A stretch of 64,000 bases of DNA. Origin: a virus (taxonomy: Duplodnaviria > Caudoviricetes). Within the stretch, counting starts at the first letter, position 1. Each line of letters begins with the position of its first letter. The notes beneath the pieces were generated by a model. That model was not told the origin of the DNA. It made no database searches and worked only from the letters and a program-made list of their open reading frames with translations. Both the position numbers and the translations under genes were made by a program. Below, one piece after another: positions 8,862 to 19,105 of the stretch. The DNA lies in the IMG/VR virus record IMGVR_UViG_3300016744_000001; one strand, written 5' to 3'.

Positions 8862-9494
8862 ATGGTCACTGATCAGCTTAAAGATCCGGAAGCTGCCAAA
8901 CTGTTGAGCAAACAGTTCTTGGATTTGTTCATTGCTTGGATTGATGGTGGTTGGGATGAGAATGAGACAGCTGTGAAAGCGGAACTCACCACTTTAGTGG
9001 AAGCTTTCACCGTCTTAGACTACCATCTGGCAGATATCCTTACCGTCTTTTACCGGCAAGTGATTAGCCAGGATATTCCGAAATTCCTGGTTGCTTGGAA
9101 TTTCTACAGCACCCAAAAATGTGAGCTTAAAGCGACAGAAGAACCGCTGCACGCAGTCATGCAGTTTAGGGAAAGGTTCTGCCCTTGTCTTAACTGGACG
9201 AACCTGAAGGTCATGCGTGAAATTGAGTTTGTGGTCAATTCTCCGAAGGAGGATTCATCAATAATTACAAATGTTGGTCTTAAGCTCAACCTTGACAACG
9301 CAATCTTCTCAATACTTAAAGACGAAATGGCAGTTAAGACACCAGAAGACATAGACTTCACAATCATCCCGATCCAGGAAGATAATGGGTTTATCGTCAA
9401 GTTCTTCCACGCCGCGCACTACTTACTGCTGCTTACAATTGTTGAAGTCTGCAATCCAAAAGAATCACCACTTCAACTGCAGTACCAGAAGTAG
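8862..9494 (+). CDS. Hypothetical protein, tandem paralogue family member 4
   Basis: 210 aa, AGGAG RBS, ELTTLVEAFTVLDYHLADI. Confidence 0.75.
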   Translation: MVTDQLKDPEAAKLLSKQFLDLFIAWIDGGWDENETAVKAELTTLVEAFTVLDYHLADILTVFYRQVISQDIPKFLVAWNFYSTQKCELKATEEPLHAVMQFRERFCPCLNWTNLKVMREIEFVVNSPKEDSSIITNVGLKLNLDNAIFSILKDEMAVKTPEDIDFTIIPIQEDNGFIVKFFHAAHYLLLLTIVEVCNPKESPLQLQYQK

Positions 9495-9496
9495 TC

Positions 9497-10153
9497 ATGA
9501 CTGGTCAAATGTTGGATCTTTTGCGGTTACACGCAAGAGACGCGTTTGAAGTTTATGTCCACTGGTCAACTCGACCAGAAAAGATTGGTATCGACAAGCT
9601 TGAATACCAAGTGGCGCACAACCTCAACACGTTTCTTCTTGCTGTGGAAACTCTTGAACTAACTCAACCGCAAATCCTTGATCTATCTGGAATCTACCTC
9701 AACGTTAAGTGGGTTCCGGACTTCGGTGAGATCTGGAACAAAGTCACCACTGAAAATGGATTCTGTTTTGGATCACTTGATTTCCCAGCTGAGGAATACC
9801 GTCGTTTCAACAGCAGACTTAAGCGGTACAACACTCAAACTGATTACATCTTTGATCAGAGCAGTTCAATCAATTTGATCAAACCTTGGAGTGGTGTGAT
9901 TCCAAGTTTGTTGCTTACTGCAAAAGGCATTCCCCTGCAAATCAAGATTGACTTTAAACGCATCACGATTAACCCGGGAAAGAATTCTTTTGTAGTTGAA
10001 CCGGAATACACAACACACTTTGGACATGTTGTTAACATGTTCCGTCATCTCGTCACAGCACAGCTTCTCACGAAACTGATCTGGCCTGATGATATACTTC
10101 AAGAGCACGAAGCGATCGTTCGTTCATGTCCGTACGAAATACAAAGCGATTGA
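9497..10153 (+). CDS. Hypothetical protein, tandem paralogue family member 5
   Basis: 218 aa, NLNTFLLAVETLELTQPQI. Confidence 0.75.
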   Translation: MTGQMLDLLRLHARDAFEVYVHWSTRPEKIGIDKLEYQVAHNLNTFLLAVETLELTQPQILDLSGIYLNVKWVPDFGEIWNKVTTENGFCFGSLDFPAEEYRRFNSRLKRYNTQTDYIFDQSSSINLIKPWSGVIPSLLLTAKGIPLQIKIDFKRITINPGKNSFVVEPEYTTHFGHVVNMFRHLVTAQLLTKLIWPDDILQEHEAIVRSCPYEIQSD

Positions 10154-10184
10154 AGTCTAGGCAGGGGATTCCCCTGCCTAGACT
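10154..10184. terminator. Hairpin between convergent genes
   Basis: AGTCTAGGCAGGGGA-t-TCCCCTGCCTAGACT. Confidence 0.75.
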
Positions 10185-10186
10185 AA

Positions 10187-11842
10187 TTATGTCATTCGTT
10201 TTCTTTTTTCATAAATCTCACGAACATGCTTTTCCATCTGCTCGTAGTTCTTCAGCCCAAAGTACGTACTACCAATCCAAACTGCATTTTCTTTTGGATC
10301 AGATAACGCACTACACAAAGGTTCAACTACACTAGTTGGCATCCCAATAACGGAGACCAACGTTGACAGTTTGTTTTCCTTTGCAATCCCTGCTGCAATC
10401 TTCCATGACGGATACAGCGCACTGTAGTCATCGTCAGCGCAATACAACAAGACTGATGTGATCTTCCCGATTCGTTCTTTGACGCAAGGAATGCCCATTT
10501 CTATCACATTTCGAGCATCAAGAACAGCACCACCGATCTTTGACAGTAGATGATCATACGGACTGACCATCACCTTGCCAGTGGTAGCAAACACACGTCC
10601 TTGCATTAACAAGTCGTGATGATAGTCATTACCGAGCATGACTGTCTGCTTACTAAAGTCCATCAAAGTGGAATGTTCAGTCAGCATGTACAAGCTATTG
10701 TAATCCTGCGATGCCCAAGTGCCAATCTGGACGAGCATGCCGTCAAAGATATTGTACACCCAGTATTCCAGAAAGTGATCTTTCTGCATCTCGTAATGAC
10801 CTCGATCTCCAAGGTCAATCTTTGTTGCTTTGATCAACTTGGTCATGATGTCACCAAGTTTATAACTGGATTCTTTAGGCTTCTGCTTTCTTACCTGACC
10901 ATACAAGGCCATGGCGTCAAGCCACTGCGTCTTGGATGTACAGTGGAGCCAGTTCCACTTCTCAACGATGTGCGAAACCTCACGACGATCATCGTAGTAC
11001 CGTAAGAACCTTTGGCCTTTGGGAATGTCTCTCGAACAAAAGAAGTCTTGTGGATTCAAGCCATTGGCTTGGATTCGACTGATCATCTGCGGAACGTCAT
11101 AACCAAGGTTCCAGATGAACATGTAGTCAGGTTCATCACGATGGATATTGTCGAAGATCCACTTGTACATGTCCATTTCATCGTCAAAGACTTCAGCGAT
11201 GATCTCAAACCCATGCTTGGCGAGGTGTGGACCAATCATCTTTTCTGCAAGTGGAAGCATCTCTTCCTTTGTAGCCTTCACTCGCTTTCCACCAACATTC
11301 TTCCACATGAACTCACCAAGAGCGGCTGTGTAGACTTTCTTGTCACAGATCACCGTGATCAAGTTCGTTCGGTGGTCATCGTGGATCACGGATGATTCAA
11401 TATCGAGAGAACCAATCGTGATCGGACAGACATCATGCACCATCTTCGATTCGTACTTATAACGAACCAAAGCTTCCATGCTGATGTCAGTGCCGTAAAT
11501 ATACGGAGAGTTGCACAGCTCTCTCAAAAACACTCGCTGGTTTCGGTGCATCCCCAATTGTTCTCGCAACAACTCTGGGAGAAAACGATCTTCCACTTGG
11601 AAGACGTCACAATGAGAAACCAGCTCTGATTCTTTCTTGTATCTGTGAGTACGGTATTCTGGTTTTGTAATCCAGACCCGTCTTGACGGATTGATAAATG
11701 GCCGAAGCACTGTCTTGGTTGACAATACCTTCTTGGTCTCTTCATCGATCGTTACATGTTTTTCTTTAACTGTCAGGATGGCTGCTTCATCTGTTTTGTT
11801 GTAACAGCTGTGCATCCACTGAACACTTGTAAGTTCGCCCAT
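10187..11842 (-). CDS. Split family-B DNA polymerase, exonuclease / motif A subunit (phiKZ gp82-like)
   Basis: ExoI SLDIES, ExoII WNLGYD, ExoIII YNIFD, motif A DDYSALYPS; motif C (DTDS) absent. Confidence 0.85.
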   Translation of the reverse strand: MGELTSVQWMHSCYNKTDEAAILTVKEKHVTIDEETKKVLSTKTVLRPFINPSRRVWITKPEYRTHRYKKESELVSHCDVFQVEDRFLPELLREQLGMHRNQRVFLRELCNSPYIYGTDISMEALVRYKYESKMVHDVCPITIGSLDIESSVIHDDHRTNLITVICDKKVYTAALGEFMWKNVGGKRVKATKEEMLPLAEKMIGPHLAKHGFEIIAEVFDDEMDMYKWIFDNIHRDEPDYMFIWNLGYDVPQMISRIQANGLNPQDFFCSRDIPKGQRFLRYYDDRREVSHIVEKWNWLHCTSKTQWLDAMALYGQVRKQKPKESSYKLGDIMTKLIKATKIDLGDRGHYEMQKDHFLEYWVYNIFDGMLVQIGTWASQDYNSLYMLTEHSTLMDFSKQTVMLGNDYHHDLLMQGRVFATTGKVMVSPYDHLLSKIGGAVLDARNVIEMGIPCVKERIGKITSVLLYCADDDYSALYPSWKIAAGIAKENKLSTLVSVIGMPTSVVEPLCSALSDPKENAVWIGSTYFGLKNYEQMEKHVREIYEKRKRMT

Positions 11843-11979
11843 GTGTTACCTCTCAGTGGGGTTTACACTTTATATCAGACATGGTTCAAAAGTAATGTCA
11901 ATGATGGTGTTTGACGGATATATAACTACTTTGATAATTGCAAGTTATTACCTAAACAATATAACTCAGCGGGCAATTT

Positions 11980-12453
11980 ATGAACATCTTACACGACCTT
12001 ATGGTGAGGTTTGGGGAAATTCACCACTTCTGTTTTGTAGCACCAGACGATGCCATCTTTCGGGTACGGAACGCCATCTCTGAATGGCTTGATCGCATCG
12101 GTGTGACGATCGAACTTGATCGTGGCTCCAGTCATGTCTGGCGGCTCACTAACAAAAGTGATGCCCCTTATGGTAAAGACGGAAACCTTAAACGCTCACC
12201 TGATGGGAGCACTGTGTATCTTACTGACGGGTACACTTTGATGTCATTCACCAGAAACGGTGAGAACATCCTCATCAAACTACTGTTCATTCATCAGAAG
12301 GGAAATGCACAGTGCTACTTCAACAAAGGATCAATTGCTCTTGGCCGAGTAATCGGTCAAGGGTTTGAGCCAATCATCGTGTCATCAGAATCAGCGTCAA
12401 ACACTGAACAGCAGTACTATAAGGCTTGCCCTTTCAGCACTGCTAAGATCTAA
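11980..12453 (+). CDS. Hypothetical protein
   Basis: 157 aa ORF after promoter-like TATATAAC at 11919. Confidence 0.65.
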   Translation: MNILHDLMVRFGEIHHFCFVAPDDAIFRVRNAISEWLDRIGVTIELDRGSSHVWRLTNKSDAPYGKDGNLKRSPDGSTVYLTDGYTLMSFTRNGENILIKLLFIHQKGNAQCYFNKGSIALGRVIGQGFEPIIVSSESASNTEQQYYKACPFSTAKI

Positions 12454-12488
12454 GTTTATAAACCAAACAAACTCCGAAGGAGTCCATC

Positions 12489-12920
12489 ATGCTTCCTACC
12501 ATCACCCCCAGCAATTTTGTCAACATTCTCATGTACCTTCCTCACAGCGACCCCGACGCTAACACCTCGGAAAACATCCAGACGAAAGATCTTATCACCA
12601 GTGCAATCGAACGCAACCTTCGGGTGGGCCACTTCGATCCGGCGGTTGACGGTGGTTTGTATCTGACCCAGGTGCGTCTGACCGACAGCACCAGCGCCTT
12701 CGTAGCAGTCAAGGATGAAGCTGGTAATCTGATCCTGCGGACGATCGTTCGCCGGTCAGGTGAAACCTGCCAGCTTGGTGAAATCTGCAGACCGTTCGTC
12801 GACATCAACACTCCGGAAAACGTTGTGTTTGCTGATCCCAGCATCTGGCCGGCAACAAGTCAGCTGAATCCGATCTTTGTGGATGCTGACGTTCTGGAAA
12901 AACTGAACAAAGTTTTGTAA
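12489..12920 (+). CDS. Hypothetical protein
   Basis: 143 aa, AAGGAG RBS, followed by a hairpin. Confidence 0.75.
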   Translation: MLPTITPSNFVNILMYLPHSDPDANTSENIQTKDLITSAIERNLRVGHFDPAVDGGLYLTQVRLTDSTSAFVAVKDEAGNLILRTIVRRSGETCQLGEICRPFVDINTPENVVFADPSIWPATSQLNPIFVDADVLEKLNKVL

Positions 12921-12927
12921 CTACCAC

Positions 12928-12964
12928 TCCACTGACCCTCTCCTTTTGGGAGAGGGTCAGTGGA
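12928..12964. terminator. Hairpin between convergent genes
   Basis: TCCACTGACCCTCTCC-ttttg-GGAGAGGGTCAGTGGA. Confidence 0.75.
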
Positions 12965-12998
12965 TTCATCTTGCGATGATTTTTTTTTCAGTCAGTTG

Positions 12999-15311
12999 TT
13001 ACTGACCGATTTTCCCGATGCCGGTCCAGTACTTGTCCCGGTTCAGGATGTTGATGATGCAACCCATACCGTTGAGGGCGATCGGGTATTCACGGGTGTT
13101 CTGCATGGACCGGCGGTAGGTGGCGTTGGCGCCATCGGTCGGGGTCCAGTTCACACTGTACTGACCACCGTCGTAGTTGACCGCAAAGTTCAGGTCGCTC
13201 TGCGGCTGGTTCGGACGGTAGGGGATCAGGATCATGGTGTCTTCCATGTAGTGGAAGGCGGTGGTCACGAATTCGATGATCGTGCCGTTGGGCAGGACTG
13301 TCTTGAATTCGGTGGGCTTGCCAGGAACCTTGACTTCGAATACCTGTTCGCCGTTCTTGCCGGAGGGCATCTGGTTTTCATGGATGGAAGCCAGCGACCA
13401 GAGGCAGTCGATGATCGGCGTGGTGGTGATGCACTTGTACACCGGGGCAGAATCTTCCAGCTGCTGCAGGAGCAGTGAACGGTAATGCATTTCGGTGGTG
13501 ATGGTGTTCATGCAAGCGCGCATGTAGGTCCAGAGGTCGGACAGCACGTCTGAGGTGCGGAAGTTCACGACGTTCTGGAAGTCGATGGTCTTGATCATGA
13601 CCGTGGGGTTGACGCGGCAGCCGGACACGAAGGACTTGGCAACAGTCATGTTGTCGTAGTTCTCGATGTAGCGGGAGTCGGACATTTCGTTCTTCACGCG
13701 GTCGGCAGTGGCCTTCAGCGTCTTCATGATCAGCTGAAGGTTACGATGGTCGATACCGATCGTCTGCACTTCAGCAGCCACGTCCAGAGCGTGCTCGGGC
13801 AGAGTCTGGTTGTGGGCATGGTCGACCACGATTGTGCGGCCGTCAGGCAGCGAGTAGGTCAGTACGTCGGTCATCGAACGCACGGCCATGTTGGTCTTGC
13901 GGAAGTTTTCTTCCGAGTAGAAGGCGTCGATTTCCCAGCCGATGACTTCGCAGGTGATGTCCTTCACCAGGTCCTTCAGGTCCTGAGAAGCATCGGTGCC
14001 AGCGATGGAAACCACAGGGCGGAATTCCACGTTACCAGCGCCATACACGCGAGCAGACTGCAGGTTGGCACGGCCGTTGAAGTTCAGTGAGCCGATGATG
14101 TATTCGAGCGAACGGTTCTGGCTGGCGAAGATGACAGTGCGTTTGTCTTCAGCCGTCATCAGGTCCTTGTCGAACGCGATCTTGGTGAGGAACATGACGC
14201 CACGGTCAGCCACGTTGTCCTGGGTGTTGTTCAGGTGAGTGAACGTACCCATGTTGGCATACGGGGTCAGATTGACCATGAACTGTTCGGTGATACCACC
14301 GGCGTTCGGGTCGCCCTTGGTAACCTTCAGGTGCACAGCGCGGAGCTGGATGCGGGCGGAGAGCAGGTCGGTGTAGTTCAGTTGGTCATAGCCGACTTTG
14401 CCTTCGACCATGGACAGGTCCCACAGGGGGATTTCCACATTGGGCTTCAGGATGTTGTTGGCGACCAAGTACTTGTGTTCAGTGTCAGCGGCAAGCAGCG
14501 GCACCACGGGGATCAGTTCCATGTCCACAGGTTCGGGGTGACGCAGAAGCGTGATCATCTGGTTGCGGTGAGCCCAGCTCTGGCGTTCAGCCGTGGACTT
14601 GTTCTGGGATTTGGCCAGATCGTAGAATTCGTCGTTCGGACGCACGAACTGCACCACACCGGTGTCATTGGAGACGCGGTGCATCAGACGGTTGCTCAGA
14701 CCCTTGTAGCCCTTCAGCAGGGTAAGCGTCATGGCAGTCTTGATGTCAGCGATGGACTGGGCGAGGTTCGAACCGAACATTTCGCGACCCATCAGGGCGC
14801 CGGAATAGGAAGCATTGGCGGTAACAGACGAAGGATAGATCGAAGACAGGTTGCGGTGGCCGATGTCAGCGGTCTGCATGGTCTTGAAGTGATCATCCAC
14901 ACGGTCGTTGGTGTAGCGATGCATGACCAGGGCGAGGTTTTCCATGGTGGACGCAATGCGTTCTTCAGGAATTTCGCAGTCTTTGCAAAGCTGGTAAAGG
15001 CCTTCACCCATGGAAGCAAGTTCCTGGCTGCCCACGGCGGACATCTTGAAGCCTTCTTTGCCAGCGCCACCCCAGAAGGTGTTGTTGATCGTGCCGTAGC
15101 CGGTGCTGTTCAGGAAGTTCACAACCTTGTTGTAGAACTTGCCGGACTTGCCGTAGGAAGTCATCTGTTCGGGATTGAATTCCGTGAACTGGGGGTCCCA
15201 GGGCAGTTTGTGGTCAGTCGCCAGTTTGGCCATGCCAGCGCGGAACTGGCGAATGGGGGACTTTTCGCTGTGGTTGGTCAGCATGTCAAAAGAAAAATTG
15301 GGATTTGCCAT
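12999..15311 (-). CDS. Major capsid protein (phiKZ gp120-like)
   Basis: 770 aa; extreme codon bias; order helicase / head protein / MCP as in phiKZ gp118-120; G-R-E|MFG protease-type site at about residue 177. Confidence 0.8.
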   Translation of the reverse strand: MANPNFSFDMLTNHSEKSPIRQFRAGMAKLATDHKLPWDPQFTEFNPEQMTSYGKSGKFYNKVVNFLNSTGYGTINNTFWGGAGKEGFKMSAVGSQELASMGEGLYQLCKDCEIPEERIASTMENLALVMHRYTNDRVDDHFKTMQTADIGHRNLSSIYPSSVTANASYSGALMGREMFGSNLAQSIADIKTAMTLTLLKGYKGLSNRLMHRVSNDTGVVQFVRPNDEFYDLAKSQNKSTAERQSWAHRNQMITLLRHPEPVDMELIPVVPLLAADTEHKYLVANNILKPNVEIPLWDLSMVEGKVGYDQLNYTDLLSARIQLRAVHLKVTKGDPNAGGITEQFMVNLTPYANMGTFTHLNNTQDNVADRGVMFLTKIAFDKDLMTAEDKRTVIFASQNRSLEYIIGSLNFNGRANLQSARVYGAGNVEFRPVVSIAGTDASQDLKDLVKDITCEVIGWEIDAFYSEENFRKTNMAVRSMTDVLTYSLPDGRTIVVDHAHNQTLPEHALDVAAEVQTIGIDHRNLQLIMKTLKATADRVKNEMSDSRYIENYDNMTVAKSFVSGCRVNPTVMIKTIDFQNVVNFRTSDVLSDLWTYMRACMNTITTEMHYRSLLLQQLEDSAPVYKCITTTPIIDCLWSLASIHENQMPSGKNGEQVFEVKVPGKPTEFKTVLPNGTIIEFVTTAFHYMEDTMILIPYRPNQPQSDLNFAVNYDGGQYSVNWTPTDGANATYRRSMQNTREYPIALNGMGCIINILNRDKYWTGIGKIGQ

Positions 15312-15386
15312 GATACGTTATTCCTTAAAAGGAAGCTCAATGTTTTTCCACATCAACATTACGTTGATCTCTTAGCCAGAGTACGG

Positions 15387-16892
15387 TTAATCAGAAAGAC
15401 CAAGAATATCCCCAAGGATTTCTTTAGTTGTTGCCACAGAAACCAATGAGAACCATTGTGTCACCCAGAACTTAAGGAATTCAACATCCTCAGCCTGGAT
15501 GGTGGATGGCGGGTTATTGATAAGACGATTGATACGGTTCTGAAGTGTTCCTCTTTCAAGGTACTCGTCAAAACTTTCGTCTGCGATCAGCTCGATCAAC
15601 GGATTGACATCTTCCGGATCAACAGTGGTGTCATCTGACGTTGTGTCTGTCGATGAAGAGGAACCATCCCCTTCACTGTCATCAGACCCATCAGGATCAC
15701 CCGAAAAGTCATCGTCTGCAAACGGATCATCACCACCATCGTCCCCAGTCTCCTCGGTCGAAGTATCGTCCGAGTTATCACTGCCTGACTCCGTAGTAGT
15801 GGTATCATCAGCTGCCTTTGTGTCGTCACCATCGTTCGATGAAGATTCCGAAGAATCTGCAGCTTCCATACCATACCCAACAAGACTCAGTGAGGAGAGG
15901 AATTTCAAGTCACCTTGTTCTTCCCACTTCTCAACTTGTCCCATCGTTGGGTTTGTATTGGTAAGGTAGGTCAACCGGTTGTCTTTAAGGTAACTGAACA
16001 AGTCACCGAACTGACTAAGTTGAACAGGTTCCTTCTCAATAAGAGAAGGGTACTTTGTTGTCAGGGCACGAAGCATATTCAACATTTCAGTCGAATACAT
16101 TTTTGTGTTCACTGACATCCCGAGTGAGTTGCGGTGGAAGTAATTTTTCAACACACCACACAATGATTCTGAACCTCGTTGTTTCAGATCATCAATGAAC
16201 AAGCTCTGCAAAGTGTCGACCAACTCATGCCACGTATGCCCATTGTAGTTCATCGAGCAGATGTATTTGTGCGTGGGGTTGGTCGTGTGATATGAATCAA
16301 CACTTTGCATGGATGAGTATGAACGAGCAAAGAAGGTAACCGCAACGTCAGTCTTGCTCGTCTTATCCCGACGAAGCACTGGCGACAAAACAATTGGCGC
16401 CAGGAACTTCCCATCGGGATTCAAAATGTTGAAGGAGTTCTCCTTCACTTGAAGATACGGAATACTGAAGTTCCTTGGAACTGTGCAGTATTTCGAGTTC
16501 TTTGGCCCGGTGAATGTATCCACCAAAGCGGTGATATTCATACCAGGGAGTTTTCCAGTATAAACATACTTGGCGATCAATTCCTGATCTGCCGGTGTTA
16601 TCTGGGCATCTTCCTCAGTGCCACCAAGATCAAAGTCTTCGTCTTGGTAAGTTTGAAGGTTCAAACGCAACACGTTTCGGTAATCGATCAGTGCATTGTT
16701 GTTCGGGTCAGCTGCCAGCAAGTAGTCTGCCAGCAAAGCTTGCTCGAAGAAGATTGAAAGGATATCACGAACACCAAACTTCAAGAGTTTTTGGTTTCTG
16801 CGATATACCGCAGCGGTGATGTGCGATGCTACAAGGTTGGACAGTTTTGGTGTCATCTTTGAGGGACGAACACTGAGATATCTGATCTTCAT
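15387..16892 (-). CDS. Virion head protein (phiKZ gp119-like)
   Basis: Between helicase and MCP; GAGGT RBS before MKIRYL; G-M-E site followed by a long D/S/T-rich linker. Confidence 0.6.
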   Translation of the reverse strand: MKIRYLSVRPSKMTPKLSNLVASHITAAVYRRNQKLLKFGVRDILSIFFEQALLADYLLAADPNNNALIDYRNVLRLNLQTYQDEDFDLGGTEEDAQITPADQELIAKYVYTGKLPGMNITALVDTFTGPKNSKYCTVPRNFSIPYLQVKENSFNILNPDGKFLAPIVLSPVLRRDKTSKTDVAVTFFARSYSSMQSVDSYHTTNPTHKYICSMNYNGHTWHELVDTLQSLFIDDLKQRGSESLCGVLKNYFHRNSLGMSVNTKMYSTEMLNMLRALTTKYPSLIEKEPVQLSQFGDLFSYLKDNRLTYLTNTNPTMGQVEKWEEQGDLKFLSSLSLVGYGMEAADSSESSSNDGDDTKAADDTTTTESGSDNSDDTSTEETGDDGGDDPFADDDFSGDPDGSDDSEGDGSSSSTDTTSDDTTVDPEDVNPLIELIADESFDEYLERGTLQNRINRLINNPPSTIQAEDVEFLKFWVTQWFSLVSVATTKEILGDILGLSD

Positions 16893-17025
16893 TTCTAATG
16901 ACCTCACTGAAGTGATGTTCGGTTCGCATAGGATGCTGCTTTCGTATCCTATTTTCATCAATATCCATATGCATCGACTAGGCAATTCTCTCGAAAAAAT
17001 CCCACTTAACATAGGCGGAAGCAGT

Positions 17026-18639
17026 ATGAATGGCGGTCTCTCACTCAATACCTTTTTGAACGCCCTGATTCTGTTGGTAGGATCTAAGGATGATGAGTCC
17101 TTAGATCTGGTCAATCAGTTGATTGATGTTTACCAAGAAGAAATTAAAATGAACAAAGGTCTGGATACTGTCCTGGCAAGGAAGTTTCTTGCCTTGTTGA
17201 AAGACCTGCGTAAAATCCCAAGGAAGGACGAGAACGATATTGAGCGAGTGTCACTCATTGCTGACTTCCTCACCAATAACAAAACTGTTGAAGATCAGGA
17301 CGCGTTGTTCTTTGACTCCATGAAGAGTATCTTCGAAGCGTCTAAGAACACCCAAGGCGATAGTGACTTCTACATTAAGAAAAAGAAACAGATCAAGAAC
17401 ACGTTAACTTGGGCACGTTTCAAACGAATGTGTGCCCGAATGTACGGTCAGCTGAACGAATTTCTGTCGACCACGGATGAAGACCAGCAGGCGGACTACC
17501 TCTCCAACTGTGTGAATGTCGCCAGAAAGCTAGTCGACTCCGTCCGTGGTGACATCGGTAGCATGAACAACGGTGCTGAAGAACGTGTCATATTTTCAGA
17601 CGATGCATCTTTGAAGGCTGCTCTTGAAAAAGCTTTAGCTTCTGAAAAGGGCGGTGCAGTGTTGAAGACTGGGATGAAAGGTCTAAACACAATGCTAGGA
17701 AAACGTGGTGGGTTTGTTCGTGGTGAATGGGTAATTATTTACGGTCTCTCCCATCATTTCAAGACAGGTCTTCTGTTGTCAATCACTCGTGGGATTGCCA
17801 AGAACAATGATCCGACCAAGCTGGTCAAACCTGGGAAGAAGCCACTCATCCTGCTTGTCTCTTTGGAGAACTACGCAAACCGCAACTTGCTGTGGTTCTA
17901 CAAGACAGCATACGCTTGTACGTTCAACAAGCCACCGGACCCAGAAATGTCCATGGAGGACATGATCCATTTCATCAAAGACTTCTACGTTCAGTCTGGT
18001 TGGGAGTTCATCATTGAACGTTACAAGGGCATGAACTTTGGTTATGACGAATACGTCAGCACTATAGAAAAATACGAAGCTCTTGGTTATGAAGTGGTTG
18101 TGGCCGAAGTGGATTACATGGAGAAGATGAAGAAAACTTCCTCTATCTTCAGTGGTGAAGCTGAATCCCACACTGGGCTTACGGCACTTGCAGATGGTCT
18201 CTTTGGCTACAACAAGTCCAAAGAAATCCTATTCATCTCACCACACCAGTTCAACCGCAAGATGCAAGAACTGGCTGACCGAGTCAAGACCAACGTGGTT
18301 AAACACTTCAGTGCTGATGGTGTTGGTGGTGCGATCTCAATCAACCAGATTGCTGACCTTGAAATCTATGTTTACATTGAACAAGACTTCGAGAAGAATG
18401 CTTGGTTGACGGTGCAACGTGGCAAGCATCGTTACGTTGATGACACTCCAGTTGCTCATCGTTACTTCGCGCAGAAGTTTGACAGTGAGCTTGGTATTCT
18501 GGATGACATTGACCTGAAAGAAAAGTACTTTGTTCGTGACATCTACGCCAACGACAGTGAAGCAACTGAAGGCAGCAGGAAAGGCTCAAAACCTGATGCG
18601 TATGCTAAGCCAGGCATTGGTGCAGATGAAGTGTTCTAG
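17026..18639 (+). CDS. DnaB-like replicative helicase (phiKZ gp118-like)
   Basis: LKTGMKGLNTML, Walker A-like GLSHHFKT, VSLEN, EVDYM, SPHQF, RGKHR. Confidence 0.85.
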   Translation: MNGGLSLNTFLNALILLVGSKDDESLDLVNQLIDVYQEEIKMNKGLDTVLARKFLALLKDLRKIPRKDENDIERVSLIADFLTNNKTVEDQDALFFDSMKSIFEASKNTQGDSDFYIKKKKQIKNTLTWARFKRMCARMYGQLNEFLSTTDEDQQADYLSNCVNVARKLVDSVRGDIGSMNNGAEERVIFSDDASLKAALEKALASEKGGAVLKTGMKGLNTMLGKRGGFVRGEWVIIYGLSHHFKTGLLLSITRGIAKNNDPTKLVKPGKKPLILLVSLENYANRNLLWFYKTAYACTFNKPPDPEMSMEDMIHFIKDFYVQSGWEFIIERYKGMNFGYDEYVSTIEKYEALGYEVVVAEVDYMEKMKKTSSIFSGEAESHTGLTALADGLFGYNKSKEILFISPHQFNRKMQELADRVKTNVVKHFSADGVGGAISINQIADLEIYVYIEQDFEKNAWLTVQRGKHRYVDDTPVAHRYFAQKFDSELGILDDIDLKEKYFVRDIYANDSEATEGSRKGSKPDAYAKPGIGADEVF

Positions 18640-18647
18640 GAGACAAC

Positions 18648-18986
18648 ATGCTTAAAGAATACGAATTCTCTCGGAAAGTCAAGGCAGTCCAATTCACTGG
18701 CCCTGATTCGATTCAAGACATTATTGAACTAACGGCACCAGCGAGATTCCTTGGAGAGAGTTTTGAAGAACTCGCAGATGAGGAAATCGCTGATTATGAA
18801 TGTTCCACAATCATCATCCAAGTACTTGGAAATACTCTTGAGGTATCTCAAGGTGATTGGATTGTGAGGTGGAACTACCCGTTGGTTAATGGAAATGGCT
18901 GCCAAGATTTTGTGGTTGTTTCCAATGATTTGTTTACACGGGAATACCGTCCGACAGCAATCGAAACTCTCAAACCACCGTTCTAA
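18648..18986 (+). CDS. Conserved small phage protein
   Basis: AGGAG RBS; VKAVQFTG..GDWIV..F..EY pattern common in phage hypotheticals. Confidence 0.7.
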   Translation: MLKEYEFSRKVKAVQFTGPDSIQDIIELTAPARFLGESFEELADEEIADYECSTIIIQVLGNTLEVSQGDWIVRWNYPLVNGNGCQDFVVVSNDLFTREYRPTAIETLKPPF

Positions 18987-18991
18987 ATACT

Positions 18992-19022
18992 ACTAGGGAG
19001 CAGGTTTTTCCTGCTCCCTAGT
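18992..19022. terminator. Hairpin
   Basis: ACTAGGGAGCAGG-ttttt-CCTGCTCCCTAGT. Confidence 0.75.
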
Positions 19023-19105
19023 GGAAATGATTATTATGTCATGTCGTTTATCTGATGAACAGTCCAAAAACTGCGAATGCTTGGTTAACAAATACGAGGA
19101 ATACC

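Noticed and set aside
14235-15449. 404-aa antisense ORF over the major capsid gene, plus neighbouring ones
   Set aside because: Same codon-bias shadow effect.
16816-17114. Apparent 300-nt overlap of the divergent helicase and head genes
   Set aside because: More plausible starts at 16892 (-, GAGGT RBS) and 17026 (+) remove the overlap.
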